Source: Deltaproteobacteria bacterium
Lineage (GTDB): Bacteria; JAGRBM01; JAHCIT01
Length of the DNA stretch: 64,000 bases
Assembly: GCA_026129095.1 (NCBI GenBank)
Contig: JAHCIT010000002.1
Coordinates: forward strand, 1 to 64,000
Direction of reading: 5' to 3'
Made by a program: the position numbers and the translations under genes. The notes beneath the pieces were generated by a model, which had not been told where the DNA came from, ran no database searches, and saw nothing but the letters and a program-made list of their open reading frames with translations. Within the stretch, counting starts at the first letter, position 1. Each line of letters opens with the position of its first letter. This document shows, piece after piece, positions 18,047-28,616 of this stretch.

Positions 18047-20722
18047 CTACTCTTTCAGCTTTTCCTTCCAGCGAATCAGGAGATTCAGCGCATCGATGGG
18101 GCGCGTGTCGTTGGGATCAAGGCGGGCAAGCTCCCTTTCCAGTTCGCGCATCACCTGCTCTTTCGGATCGGCGAGGAGCGAAAGCTGTGGCGGCGGCGTT
18201 GCCGGGAGCCCTTTTGCCGTAGAGCGCATGCGGGCCGCTGGCGCGTGGACAGCCGTTTCAGACGACGCGCCGCTTTCAAGATCACGAAGAACGGACCGCG
18301 CCCTGTCCACCACCTCACGGGGAAGGCCAGCCAGCCGGGCCACCTGGATGCCGTAGCTGCGTGGAGCCGATCCCCGTTCCAGCGTGTGAAGGAAAACAAT
18401 ATCGTCCTGCCACTCCCGGCAGGCGACCGTATAGTTTACTGCCCTCACCTTCGTATCCGTGATCCGGGTCAGTTCATGGTAGTGAGTGGCGAAAATGGTA
18501 CGGACACCGGGGCCGCTCCCGTCCGTTGCAGGCGTATCATGCAGGTGTTCGGCGACCGCCCATGCGATTGAAAGCCCATCAAAAGTGGATGTGCCGCGTC
18601 CGATCTCGTCCAGCAGGACAAGACTCCTCGGCGTCACCCGCCGGAGGATTGCCGCCGTCTCGGTCATTTCCATCATGAAGGTCGAAAGGCCCCTGGCAAG
18701 CGCATCGGAAGCCCCGACACGTGTGAACACCCTGTCAATGATACCGATCGACGCCTCGGCCGCGGGCACAAAGGAGCCTGCCTGCGCCAGAATGGAAATC
18801 AGCGCCACCTGCCGCATGATCGTCGATTTTCCCGCCATGTTGGGGCCGGTCAGGATAATCAGCTGCTCGCGCTCGCCATCAAGGTCGAGATCATTCGGCG
18901 TAAACCAGTCGCGTCCGGCGGCGGCTTCCACTACCGGATGCCGGCCGCCACGAATCCGGAGCTCGCGGGTACCGGCAAGAACCGGACGGCACCATTGCTC
19001 CGTGCTGGCCAGTTCGGCCAGGGCCGACACCACATCCAGCTCTGCCAGCATCCGCGCCTGCGCTTTCAGTGCCGCCGTCCCGGTCTTCACCCGGCCGCGG
19101 AGCTCAACAAACCGCCCGTACTCCAGCTCCTTCAGCCTGTCCTCGGCGCTTAAGACCTTCTCCTCGATCTCTTTCAGTTCCGGCGTCACGTACCGTTCGG
19201 CATTGGTCAGCGTCTGCTTGCGAATCCATTCTGCCGGAACCCGGTCCTTGTGGGTATGCGTGACCTCCAGAAAGTATCCGAACACCTTGTTGAATCCGAC
19301 CTTGAGGTTCGGGATGCCGGTCCGGTCCTTTTCGGATGCCTCGATACGGGCGATCACGGCGCGTCCGCCCGAACGCAGTTCCCGCAGTTCATCTATTTGG
19401 GGATCGGCTCCCTCGCGAACGAGCCCCCCTTCACGGAGCGCCACCGGCGGATCATCTTTCAGCCACCGGCGGATATCGGCACAAACGGGTTCCAGCGGAT
19501 CGAGGCTGGCCTGCAGCCCCATCAGTGCCGGATCCTGTATATGGGCTATGTCCGCTTTCAACTCCGGTATCTTCTCAAGCGTGGCCGCCAGTGCCACCAG
19601 ATCGCGGGCCGAGGCCGATTCCAGCGAGATGCGGGCGAGGATACGCTCAATATCGGCAGTCCGCTCCAGCCGTTCGCGCACGTTCCGGCGGGCTGGCCCG
19701 TCCAGCAGAAGGCTTTCGACCGAGCCCAGCCGGCCTGCAATTTCCACCACATCCAGAAGCGGATACCGGAGCCGCTGCTTGAGGAGACGCGAGCCGGCGG
19801 CGGTCTTCGTCCGGTCGATGACGGAAATCAGTGTGCCCCGTTCAGTGGAGTCCTGCTGGCTGCGGAATATCTCCAGATGCCCGAGCGTCCGGTCGTCCAG
19901 CAGCATGGACCGGCGAGAGGGAAGCGTACGGATTTCACTCAGATGTGCCAGCGCCGCCTTCTGGGTATCGCGCACGTACCCCAGCAATGCCCCGGTGGCC
20001 CGCAAGCCCGGCTCCCCGATACCCAGCCCTTCGGTCGTTCCGATGTTGAACTGCTGGCGAATCAGGTCCATCGCCCGGTGTACATCCCACCGCGAGGGAT
20101 CGGCCGTCTGGACGTAACAGCTTCCGGCGAGTGCCGGCGGTTCGTAGCCATCCGGACGGAGCAGTTCGCACGGCCCCAGACGGGCCAACTCGACCGACAG
20201 TTCCTCGGCCGATTCGGGTTCGGCCACAGGAAAATCCCCCGTGGCAAGATCAATGGCGGCGAGTCCGGCCCTGCCACCGGGATCCAGCCACACGGCCGCG
20301 ACATAACGGCTCTCGCGCTCGGCACCGTCCTTGAGGTGAAGTCCCGGTGTAAAGACGCGAACCACGTCACGCTTTACAAGGCCCTTCACCAGCTTCGGAT
20401 CCTCAAGCTGCTCGCAAAGGGCAACCTTGTATCCAAGGTTCAGGAGGCGCTCAAGGTATCCTGCATAGGAATGATGCGGAACTCCTGCCATGGGAATCGC
20501 ATCTTCCGATTTGGAGCGTGATGTGAGCACCAGCTCCAGCAGCGGTGCGGCAGCCTGGGCGTCCTCGAAAAAGAGCTCGTAAAAATCGCCCATCCGGAAG
20601 AACAGGATGCAGTCCGGATACTGGGCCTTGAGCCGCCGCCACTGCTCCATTGCGGGCGATAGCTCACGGCCCGCCAGCTGGGCGGCAGCCGCCGGAGTGG
20701 ATGACGTGGGGATCCCGGCCAT
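18047..20722 (-). CDS. mutS: DNA mismatch repair protein MutS
   Basis: FFRMGDFYELF, TGPNMAGKST, STFMMEM, LDEIGRGTST, FATHYHELT, SYGIQVARLAG; C-terminal QLSLL clamp-binding-like motif. Confidence 0.98.
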   Translation of the reverse strand: MAGIPTSSTPAAAAQLAGRELSPAMEQWRRLKAQYPDCILFFRMGDFYELFFEDAQAAAPLLELVLTSRSKSEDAIPMAGVPHHSYAGYLERLLNLGYKVALCEQLEDPKLVKGLVKRDVVRVFTPGLHLKDGAERESRYVAAVWLDPGGRAGLAAIDLATGDFPVAEPESAEELSVELARLGPCELLRPDGYEPPALAGSCYVQTADPSRWDVHRAMDLIRQQFNIGTTEGLGIGEPGLRATGALLGYVRDTQKAALAHLSEIRTLPSRRSMLLDDRTLGHLEIFRSQQDSTERGTLISVIDRTKTAAGSRLLKQRLRYPLLDVVEIAGRLGSVESLLLDGPARRNVRERLERTADIERILARISLESASARDLVALAATLEKIPELKADIAHIQDPALMGLQASLDPLEPVCADIRRWLKDDPPVALREGGLVREGADPQIDELRELRSGGRAVIARIEASEKDRTGIPNLKVGFNKVFGYFLEVTHTHKDRVPAEWIRKQTLTNAERYVTPELKEIEEKVLSAEDRLKELEYGRFVELRGRVKTGTAALKAQARMLAELDVVSALAELASTEQWCRPVLAGTRELRIRGGRHPVVEAAAGRDWFTPNDLDLDGEREQLIILTGPNMAGKSTIMRQVALISILAQAGSFVPAAEASIGIIDRVFTRVGASDALARGLSTFMMEMTETAAILRRVTPRSLVLLDEIGRGTSTFDGLSIAWAVAEHLHDTPATDGSGPGVRTIFATHYHELTRITDTKVRAVNYTVACREWQDDIVFLHTLERGSAPRSYGIQVARLAGLPREVVDRARSVLRDLESGASSETAVHAPAARMRSTAKGLPATPPPQLSLLADPKEQVMRELERELARLDPNDTRPIDALNLLIRWKEKLKE

Positions 20723-20808
20723 GCAGGAAAAGTTATAACCGTCCGGAACGCCCTTGTCTGTACGGGCCCGCGTGGAAATGCCGCCAGGCTGGCGGGAATC
20801 ACTTCGGT

Positions 20809-22116
20809 TCAGTTCAGGGCGCGGGGAAGACTGAATTCGAAGGTCGTGCCCCTGCCCACCTGGCTGCGCACACGGATCGTCCCCCCGTGCAACTCCACGA
20901 GCCGTTTGGCGATCGGCAGCCCCAGACCCGTACCCGAGTGCTTGCGATTAAGGGCCGAATCCACCTGCTTGAACGGATCAAACACTTCCTCCAGCCGGTC
21001 GCTGGGGATGCCGCGTCCCGTATCCGAAACGGCACAAACCAGACTTCCGTTCTCCCGGCTCAGGCTCACACGGATACCGCCATGGTCTGTAAACTTGACG
21101 GCATTCGAGAGCAGGTTGAAGAACACCTGCCGGACACGGGCAGGATCAGCCTCCACAATAGCCAGGGTCTCATCCCCTTCGGGCCCGGATATTTCCAGGG
21201 AAAGTCCCTTGGACGTATAGGCCGGGAGCAGAGCTTCGGCTGATTCGCGGGCGAGCTGGATCACATCGCACCGTTCAGGTTTCAAGCGCAGATCCCCCGA
21301 CTGGATTTTCGCCATGTCGAGAATGTCATTCACTATGTTGAGGAGATACCTGCCGCTCCGGTGGATCGATTCGAGGTCTTCGCGCTGGGCGGGTGAAACC
21401 GGCCCTTCCAGTCCCTTCAGCATCAGGTCCGAAAAGCCGATGATCGAGTTGAGGGGGGTCCTGAGCTCATGGCTGACCATATGAAGGAACTCGCTCTTGT
21501 ACCGGTCTGACCGGGAGAGGTCGATCATCCGCTGCCGGAGCTGGAGGTTGGCGTGCTCTAGGGCGGATGAACTGCTATCGGCTTCCTGCTGATGGATATC
21601 CAGCGTGCGCTTCGCGTAGTACGATACTGCACCGATCAGCGCCAGATAGCCGCCCACGAACATAGCTTCGAATGCAGTCACAAGGGGCGTTCCCAGCGTG
21701 TATTCGGGCAGGACCGCCATCGCCAGCAGGTAAATGATGTACGCCTCGGCCGCCATCCAGACCGCGGTCGAGGGCTTGTCTACCAGCCCTGCAAAAACGA
21801 CCGTGATGCTGCAAACCGCGTAGACATGGTAGTGCCAGGGGGCAGCGAGCTGGTAAACGATGTAAAAAACGAATGCCAGATCCACTGCGAAGTGCGCCAG
21901 CAGGATGACGGTGAAGTGACGGGGCCAGCGGTCGATGACCGGCTTGGTCCACCACCAGGCTGCCACCGAGTAGGCCGCCGCCCAGAGCAGAAACCAGGCG
22001 GGCTGGGGTTCGTGGTCCAGAAGCCGCCGGATAATCCATACAGCCACCAGAATACCGGCAGCGGCGAGCCGTGCCGACTGGCCGATAAAAATCAGTTTGA
22101 GGCGGGTTGTGTTCAT
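20809..22116 (-). CDS. Membrane-bound sensor histidine kinase (multi-TM + HisKA + HATPase_c)
   Basis: About 6 hydrophobic segments, VSHELRTPLNSIIGF, NLLSNAVKFT, DTGRGI, GTGLGL. Start at MNTTRL. Confidence 0.92.
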   Translation of the reverse strand: MNTTRLKLIFIGQSARLAAAGILVAVWIIRRLLDHEPQPAWFLLWAAAYSVAAWWWTKPVIDRWPRHFTVILLAHFAVDLAFVFYIVYQLAAPWHYHVYAVCSITVVFAGLVDKPSTAVWMAAEAYIIYLLAMAVLPEYTLGTPLVTAFEAMFVGGYLALIGAVSYYAKRTLDIHQQEADSSSSALEHANLQLRQRMIDLSRSDRYKSEFLHMVSHELRTPLNSIIGFSDLMLKGLEGPVSPAQREDLESIHRSGRYLLNIVNDILDMAKIQSGDLRLKPERCDVIQLARESAEALLPAYTSKGLSLEISGPEGDETLAIVEADPARVRQVFFNLLSNAVKFTDHGGIRVSLSRENGSLVCAVSDTGRGIPSDRLEEVFDPFKQVDSALNRKHSGTGLGLPIAKRLVELHGGTIRVRSQVGRGTTFEFSLPRALN

Positions 22117-22180
22117 GGCGGCGGGACAGCCCTGCACTGATCCCTTCTGGAACCGGCTGCTTCCGGAAGAGCGGGCGGGT

Positions 22181-25100
22181 TCAGTGCAGCTTGACGCTGA
22201 CCAGCTTGCTGACGCCCGGCTCTTCCATGGTGACACCCGAGAGGGTATCCGCCACTTCCATCGTCTGCCTATTATGGGTGATGACCACGACCTGCGCCAG
22301 CCGGGTCAGCTCCCGGACCACGTCATTGAACCGGCCTATGTTGGCGTCGTCCAGCGGAGCGTCCACCTCATCGAGCAGGCAAAACGGCGATGGCCGGGTG
22401 AGGAACATCGCCAGGACAAAGGCGATGGCGGTGAGCGCCTTTTCGCCGCCCGACAGCAGATTCACATCCTGAAGCTTCTTGCCCGGCGGCTGGGCCATGA
22501 TTTCGATACCCGATTCCAGCAGGTTGTCCGGATCTGACAGGTGGAGTTCGGCCCGCCCTCCGCGGAACAGCCGGACAAACACCTCGCCAAAACGCTGGTT
22601 GACGAAATCGAACGTCTCCTTGAAGCGGTCACGGGTAGTGCGATTGATCTTCTGGATCGAATCGCGGAGGTCTTCAAGGGCTTTCTTGAGATCCCCCTCT
22701 TCTTCCATCAGCTTTTCGAGCCGCTGGTTCACGTCGCTCTGCTCGTCGAGCGCCTCGATGTTAACCGGACCCAGGCGGTCCCGATCGCGGCGGATCTTCT
22801 GCACTTCCTCGTCAAGCGTCTCGTACGATTCGTACTCCGCCGATGCCCGGAGCTCATCTTCGGTGGCTTCGGGAAGGGGAAGGTCCGTTTCGTACCGCTC
22901 GCGGACCTCCCGGACCAGATAGTCAAGCTGAAGGTTCTGTTCATTCTGGCGAGCACGCCAGCCAGCCAGCTCACCCTGCACTTCCGAGAGTGAATCCTGG
23001 GTCCGGTGCAGGCGGGTCTCAAGCTCGGCCACCTGCGCCCGTCCCTGTTCATACGCTGCGACAGTGGCTTCCACATTGGAAGCTGTCTTCTGCTTTTCAG
23101 TTTCGATGCCCTGAAGCAGTTCCTGGAGCTCCTCCAGTTCCCGGCGGCGGCTGGCGATTTCGGCCGCACGCTGCTCCGAAGCCCGCCGGATCGCCTCGGC
23201 TTGGCTCGCAGAAACCGACTGCTCATGCTCCAGCCGTGCGCGGTTTTCTTCATGGCGGCGGAGTGCGGCCTCAAGCCCGACGATATCTTCCCTGAGTCCC
23301 GCAAGTCCCGATTCAGCCTCCCGGGCCGCCACATCGGCCGCAAGGAACGCCTCTTCATGGCCGGCAAGTTCTGCTGCCAGCCGTTCACGGTCAGCCTTCA
23401 GTTCCGTGATCTTTCCGTCGAGCGCCATCCGCTCGCCCGAAATGCGGGCAAGGTCTTCCTGCACACGGTCAAGCTGTGCCCGGAGGCTGGCGATGCCGTC
23501 AGACAGCCCGGCCTCGCGGTCGCGGGCCTGCTTCAGGTCGCTCCCGCCCCTCACGACGCGGATGTCCTCGCGGTGGAATCCGGCCCGCAGTTCATCAAGG
23601 GCCGTTTCGGCAGCGATCCGGTCCTCCTTGATACGGCTCAGCTCCAGTTCGGCGGACGCCAGATCCGAGGCGAGTTGGCGCACGGTCTGGTCGATTTCGC
23701 GCAGATCGCGCTTCTTCCGCAAAATGCCCGACTCCTGCGGCAGCTTCCCGCCGGTAATGACCCCCTTGGGGTCCACCACGTCCCCCGCCATCGTGACCAG
23801 CATCTGCCGCTGTCCGGTCCGGGACCAGATATGGAGGGCGTTATCGAGGCTGTCCACAAGCAGCACATCCCCCAGCAGTACGTCCACCACCGGGTCAAAA
23901 CCTTCCTTGACCTGCACCCGGTCGCGGAGCGGACCAATCAGGCCCGGCGCATCGCCTCCCTGCACTGCATCGGCGAAATAGGCGCGGCCCGACAGCGGCA
24001 CGAAGGAACTGCGGCCCACCGACATCTGCTTCAGGTAGTCCACCGCCTCGATACCGACTTCCTGGCTCTTGACGACGACCGACTGGAGACGGCTTCCCAG
24101 CACGCTTTCCACCGCCATCTCGACGTCGGCTTCCGGCTCGATCACGTCGGCGACCAGGCCATAGATTCCATTCTTGCCCTCATGCGCGAGCCGGTGCTCG
24201 GCATGAAGCATGATCGCCTTGACACCTTCGTCGTAACCTTCGTACCGGGCCTCGAGCGCCCGGAGGGATTCGAGCTTTGCCGCTTCGGCCGAATGCTGGC
24301 GGCGAATCTGGTCCACATGACCGGCGGCGGCCTCCTCACGGCGGACGGCCCCGGCGACCCCCGCCTCGGCTTCCCCAATGCGCTGCTTCAATGCGTCGCG
24401 GCTTCTCTCCGCGTCCTTCAGCTCGTTTTCGAAACCGAAAGCCATCTGTTTCAGTTCAGCGAGCTGGGCCTCGCGGGCGGACAGATCAGACTCCACGCCG
24501 CTCCGCCGCCGGATCAGCTCGTCGATCCGCTCAGAAGCGGTTTTTGCCGCCTGCTCGCCCTTTTCCAGCTCCTTTTCGGTCTGGAAAGCGGCTTTCTGGA
24601 CTGCCTCGCGCCGGGCAGCGTGCTCGCCCCTTACATGGGCAAGTTCCCTTGCCCGGCCAGACTGTTCGGCAAGCCGCGCCCGTGCGGTTTCAAGTGAAGC
24701 GGACGTTTCCGAAATAGCCCGGATGGTAGTTTCGGTCTCGACGGCCATTACTGCGATCTTCTGCTGAAGGCCCTCTATCTCGGTCGCGGCCTTCACCTCG
24801 TCGGATTCCAGGTGACTGATGCCGCCTTCAACGAGCCGCACCTTTCCGAGCGTGCTCTCGCGGTCCACATCCGCACGGCGCATCATTTCACGGGCGTCGT
24901 TCATCGCCTTCTCAAGCCGCTGGAGCTCGAGCCGTACTGTTTCGCGCAGGGACTGGTCTTCGGTGGCGGCACGCTGCCGTTCGGTCAGCTGCGTCTCCAG
25001 GCCGGCCACCCTGGCAGAGGCTTCCTCCAGCGCACCCGAAATCCGCTGGTGCAGACGCCGGAGCCGCTCACGGTCGAGAAGGTTCAGCCGTTCCGACAGC

Positions 25101-25765
25101 TCCCGGTATTTGCGGGCCTTGCCCACCTGCCGCTCAAGGTAGGAAACGTGACGGCTGAGTTCCTTCACCACATCGCCCACGCGGGCGAGATTCTGCTCGG
25201 TGCGCTCCATGCGCGAGAGCGCCAGTTCCCGGCGGCTCCGGTACTTGACGATTCCGGCCACTTCCTCGAGGAACAGGCGCCGCTCCTCGGGCTTGGCCGT
25301 GACAAGACGGTCCACCTGCCCCTGCTGGATGATCGAAAAACCGCGGAGCCCGCCGACTCCGGCATCCATGAAAAAATCCTGGATGTCACGGGCCCGGCAC
25401 TGGACGCGGTTGATGAAATACTCGCTCGTGCCGTCACGGCTGAGACGCCGCCGGATCTCCACCTCGCTGTAGTCCTTGAGCGCGCCCTGCACCCAGCCCT
25501 TGCCGTCGTTGACGAAGGTGAGCGCCACCTCGGCCGTATCCTGGGGCTTGCGGCTGTCGGAGCCCTGGAAGATCACGTCGAACATTTCATGGCCGCGCAG
25601 GTACTTCGCGCTCCGCTCGCCCATGGCCCAGCGGAGGGCGTCCACGATGTTCGACTTGCCGCAGCCGTTGGGACCGACGATGGCCGTAATGCCCTCGTGG
25701 AGATCCAGCGCGATACCGTCTGCAAAACTCTTGAAGCCCCAAGCTTCGATTCGTTTGATTTTCAC
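22181..25765 (-). CDS. smc: Chromosome segregation protein SMC
   Basis: GFKSF, GPNGCGKSN Walker A, long coiled coils, hinge (GIYGLVADVI), LSGGEK signature, LDEVDAPLD. Confidence 0.97.
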   Translation of the reverse strand: MKIKRIEAWGFKSFADGIALDLHEGITAIVGPNGCGKSNIVDALRWAMGERSAKYLRGHEMFDVIFQGSDSRKPQDTAEVALTFVNDGKGWVQGALKDYSEVEIRRRLSRDGTSEYFINRVQCRARDIQDFFMDAGVGGLRGFSIIQQGQVDRLVTAKPEERRLFLEEVAGIVKYRSRRELALSRMERTEQNLARVGDVVKELSRHVSYLERQVGKARKYRELSERLNLLDRERLRRLHQRISGALEEASARVAGLETQLTERQRAATEDQSLRETVRLELQRLEKAMNDAREMMRRADVDRESTLGKVRLVEGGISHLESDEVKAATEIEGLQQKIAVMAVETETTIRAISETSASLETARARLAEQSGRARELAHVRGEHAARREAVQKAAFQTEKELEKGEQAAKTASERIDELIRRRSGVESDLSAREAQLAELKQMAFGFENELKDAERSRDALKQRIGEAEAGVAGAVRREEAAAGHVDQIRRQHSAEAAKLESLRALEARYEGYDEGVKAIMLHAEHRLAHEGKNGIYGLVADVIEPEADVEMAVESVLGSRLQSVVVKSQEVGIEAVDYLKQMSVGRSSFVPLSGRAYFADAVQGGDAPGLIGPLRDRVQVKEGFDPVVDVLLGDVLLVDSLDNALHIWSRTGQRQMLVTMAGDVVDPKGVITGGKLPQESGILRKKRDLREIDQTVRQLASDLASAELELSRIKEDRIAAETALDELRAGFHREDIRVVRGGSDLKQARDREAGLSDGIASLRAQLDRVQEDLARISGERMALDGKITELKADRERLAAELAGHEEAFLAADVAAREAESGLAGLREDIVGLEAALRRHEENRARLEHEQSVSASQAEAIRRASEQRAAEIASRRRELEELQELLQGIETEKQKTASNVEATVAAYEQGRAQVAELETRLHRTQDSLSEVQGELAGWRARQNEQNLQLDYLVREVRERYETDLPLPEATEDELRASAEYESYETLDEEVQKIRRDRDRLGPVNIEALDEQSDVNQRLEKLMEEEGDLKKALEDLRDSIQKINRTTRDRFKETFDFVNQRFGEVFVRLFRGGRAELHLSDPDNLLESGIEIMAQPPGKKLQDVNLLSGGEKALTAIAFVLAMFLTRPSPFCLLDEVDAPLDDANIGRFNDVVRELTRLAQVVVITHNRQTMEVADTLSGVTMEEPGVSKLVSVKLH

Positions 25766-25874
25766 GACATGCCCTTTTTACGCGGCACCCAGTTTACCGC
25801 GTCCACCTACCGTTGTGGGGTTCTTTCCTGATACCATACCATACATATATGGTAAAGAACTATTTCATTAAACC

Positions 25875-25883
25875 TGTGGATAA
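25875..25883 (-). promoter_or_regulatory. DnaA box (TTATCCACA)
   Basis: TGTGGATAA on the + strand is a perfect consensus box; a degenerate TGTGGTAAA follows at 25886-25894. Confidence 0.55.
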
Positions 25884-25998
25884 GTTGTGGTAAACGCCAC
25901 TTTCCCGTCTATGGGTTGTGGTTGTGCTGGCTTGATACGTGGTGAGCCGTGGTGAAGCGTGGCGGCCCGGCCCTCACCCTTGTGCTACCCTCCCCGGC

Positions 25999-26709
25999 AT
26001 GGCCGCCCCCGCCATCGAAATTGCCGGACTCCGCAAAACTTTCCCGCTCCCCGGCGAAGGGGGTGCGGAAGTCGAAATCGTGAACATACCGGCCTTTAGC
26101 CTGGAGACTGGATCCCAGACAGCACTTGCCGGGGAGAGCGGTTCGGGAAAAACGACCCTTCTCAACCTCATATCCGGCATCCTCATGCCCGAATCGGGCA
26201 GCATCCGGATAGCGGGAACCGACATCACCGCCCTTTCTGAAGCCGCCCGGGACCGCCACCGGGCGCGGCACACGGGCTATGTGTTTCAGTCGTTCAACCT
26301 GCTGCAGGGCTACTCGGCGCTGGAAAACGTTACGCTCGCTTCCAGCCTCGCGGGCACTGCGAATACAGCACGGGCAAGGGAACTGCTGGACCGTGTGGGC
26401 CTCGGCGGAAAACTCCGCCACCGGCCACGGGAACTGTCGGCCGGACAGCAGCAGCGGGTCGCCGTGGCACGGGCGCTCATCAACCGCCCGACGGTGGTAT
26501 TGGCCGACGAACCCACCGGAAGTCTCGACGCCAGAAATGCCGCCGCCGTTCTGGATCTCCTGCAAACGCTCTGCCGCGAGGAAGGTGCGGCCCTGCTGCT
26601 GGTGAGCCACGACCCGAAGGTGACGGGAGCATTCGGGACGGTCATCGCCTTCAGCGAACTGAACCAGGCATCAGGAAGCAGGGGTATCCAGGGGGGAAAC
26701 GCCGCATGA
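25999..26709 (+). CDS. ABC transporter ATP-binding protein (LolD/MacB-type)
   Basis: GESGSGKTT, LSAGQQQRVAVARAL, LADEPTGSLD, VSHD. Confidence 0.93.
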   Translation: MAAPAIEIAGLRKTFPLPGEGGAEVEIVNIPAFSLETGSQTALAGESGSGKTTLLNLISGILMPESGSIRIAGTDITALSEAARDRHRARHTGYVFQSFNLLQGYSALENVTLASSLAGTANTARARELLDRVGLGGKLRHRPRELSAGQQQRVAVARALINRPTVVLADEPTGSLDARNAAAVLDLLQTLCREEGAALLLVSHDPKVTGAFGTVIAFSELNQASGSRGIQGGNAA

Positions 26710-28007
26710 CGCTTTTTCTCATGGCCCGCCGGAGCCTGCAGCAGCACGCCGCCGCCGCGTGGCTCACGGCGCTGTCGGTGGCGCTCGCCTCGGGGCTCGC
26801 CATGTCGGTCTGGGCAGTGGAGGCACAAGCCTTCCGTGCGTTTACAGGCGGGCCCGCCGGATTCGACGCCGTGCTGGGAGCGCGGGGTAGCCAGCTCCAG
26901 CTTGTGCTCAACACCGTGTTCCATCTGGAAACCTCGCCCGGCAACATCCCGTGGTCGCTCTATGAGGAGATGAAAAGGGATCCCCGCGTCGAACTCGCCA
27001 TTCCGTATGCCGTGGGGGACAACTACCGGGGGTTCCGCATCGTCGGAACCACGGAAAGCCTGTTTACCGATTTCCATTACCGCGAGGGACAGCGGTTCGG
27101 GCTGGAGCCGGGCGGCAGATGGTTCGCGCCAGACCAGCCGGAGGCAGTGATCGGCAGCGCAGTTGCCCAGCGGACCCGGCTGAAAACGGGAGCGCGGTTC
27201 AGGCCTTCGCACGGGCTCTATTCAGCCGCAGGCAACGGGCACGGGCACCATGACGGGGACCATGAAGACGACGCCGATGAACACGCCCATGAGGACGTCT
27301 ACACGGTTACAGGGGTCTTGAAGCCCACCAATTCACCCTCGGACCGGGTGATCTGGATACCGGTCGAGGGTTTGTTCCGGATGGACGGGCACGTGCTCCG
27401 GGGGGCAGGCGCCGAATACCGGCCGGAACCCGGCGTCGAGATTCCGGACGAGCACAAGGAAGTGAGTGCCGTCATGCTGAAACTGAAAACCCCCATGGCG
27501 GGATTCGCCCTGCACCAGTCGGTGAACCGGCAGGGCAGGGAGGCAACGCTCGCCTGGCCAGTAGCCAGCGTGATGGCCGGCCTGTTCGACAAGCTGGGAT
27601 GGATGAGCCGGGTGCTTCGCCTGGTCGCCCTGCTGGTGGCCGCCGTCGCGGCGGCATCGGTGGCGGCGGCGCTGTATGCGAGCCTGAACGGGCGGCAACG
27701 GGAGTTTGCCATCCTGCGGGCGCTCGGCGCCCGGCGCCGGACGCTGCTTGGCGCAGTGATGCTGGAGACGGCGGCCATTTCGGCTGGCGGCGCCATGCTT
27801 GGGTGGGCGGTTTATGGAGCAATTCTCGCCCTGACAGCCACCGTGATCCGTCAGCAAACAGGAGTTGTCATTGCGGTTCTTGAGTGGCATCCAGCGCTCG
27901 TTGCTGTTCCGGCAGCCCTGACCCTGCTCGGTACTGCCGCCGGACTGTTGCCGGCAGCGCGGGCCTACCGGACCAGCGTGGCCACCGGGCTGGCACCCGC
28001 GAACTAG
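26706..28007 (+). CDS. ABC transporter permease (MacB/FtsX-type) with His/acidic loop
   Basis: N-terminal TM, large periplasmic domain, REFAILRALGA FtsX-type motif, 3 C-terminal TMs. ATGA overlap with the ATPase. Confidence 0.88.
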   Translation: MTLFLMARRSLQQHAAAAWLTALSVALASGLAMSVWAVEAQAFRAFTGGPAGFDAVLGARGSQLQLVLNTVFHLETSPGNIPWSLYEEMKRDPRVELAIPYAVGDNYRGFRIVGTTESLFTDFHYREGQRFGLEPGGRWFAPDQPEAVIGSAVAQRTRLKTGARFRPSHGLYSAAGNGHGHHDGDHEDDADEHAHEDVYTVTGVLKPTNSPSDRVIWIPVEGLFRMDGHVLRGAGAEYRPEPGVEIPDEHKEVSAVMLKLKTPMAGFALHQSVNRQGREATLAWPVASVMAGLFDKLGWMSRVLRLVALLVAAVAAASVAAALYASLNGRQREFAILRALGARRRTLLGAVMLETAAISAGGAMLGWAVYGAILALTATVIRQQTGVVIAVLEWHPALVAVPAALTLLGTAAGLLPAARAYRTSVATGLAPAN

Positions 28008-28094
28008 GAAACCTGAAATAAAGACGTGGATTGTTACCCCAGTCACCGACAGGGCAGGCGGGATCAATTTAAGGTGTTTACGTATTCGGTATCG

Positions 28095-28124
28095 TTGACG
28101 CGATGCGTTGGATGCGGTTATATT
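28095..28124 (+). promoter_or_regulatory. Putative sigma-70 promoter
   Basis: TTGACG-N18-TATATT upstream of the response regulator. Confidence 0.4.
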
Positions 28125-28208
28125 CCGCTTGACTCCCTGCTTGCCGGGCGGGGAGTATTTCGACCTTTCAAAGTCTCTGGTATTTCAAAATGATTCGCGG
28201 GTAGGGAA

Positions 28209-28616
28209 ATGGGCGAGAACGGGCCAGCTAAATCAACAATTCTCATCGTCGAGGACAATCCGATGATGCGCACGTTTTACCAGCTTGCGTTCAAGGCTTC
28301 GCCCATCAAGCTCGCGTTCGCCGATCATGGACAGAAGGGGTACGACCTCGCCCGGCAGATCCGGCCAGACCTGATTGTCATGGACATCAACCTGCCCGGA
28401 ATGGATGGTCTGGTTGCCACGAAACTGATCCGGGCAGACAATGACCTGGCAGGGGTGCCGATCCTCGCCGTCACTGCCCGGCACAAGGAAGACCCTTCCC
28501 TCCGGACCGGCACATTCACCTCCATCCTGTTCAAGCCGGTCAAGGTGGACGAACTGCGCGATGCAGTGATGAGGCTACTGCCCGATTTCGAGGGCGAACC
28601 TGACCTGAACCCGTAA
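28209..28616 (+). CDS. Single-domain response regulator (receiver)
   Basis: ILIVEDN, DLIVMDINLPGMDG, AVTA, KP. Confidence 0.92.
   Translation: MGENGPAKSTILIVEDNPMMRTFYQLAFKASPIKLAFADHGQKGYDLARQIRPDLIVMDINLPGMDGLVATKLIRADNDLAGVPILAVTARHKEDPSLRTGTFTSILFKPVKVDELRDAVMRLLPDFEGEPDLNP

Noticed and set aside
18486-24697. Long plus-strand ORFs opposite mutS and smc
   Set aside because: Antisense to unambiguous housekeeping genes; no protein-like features.
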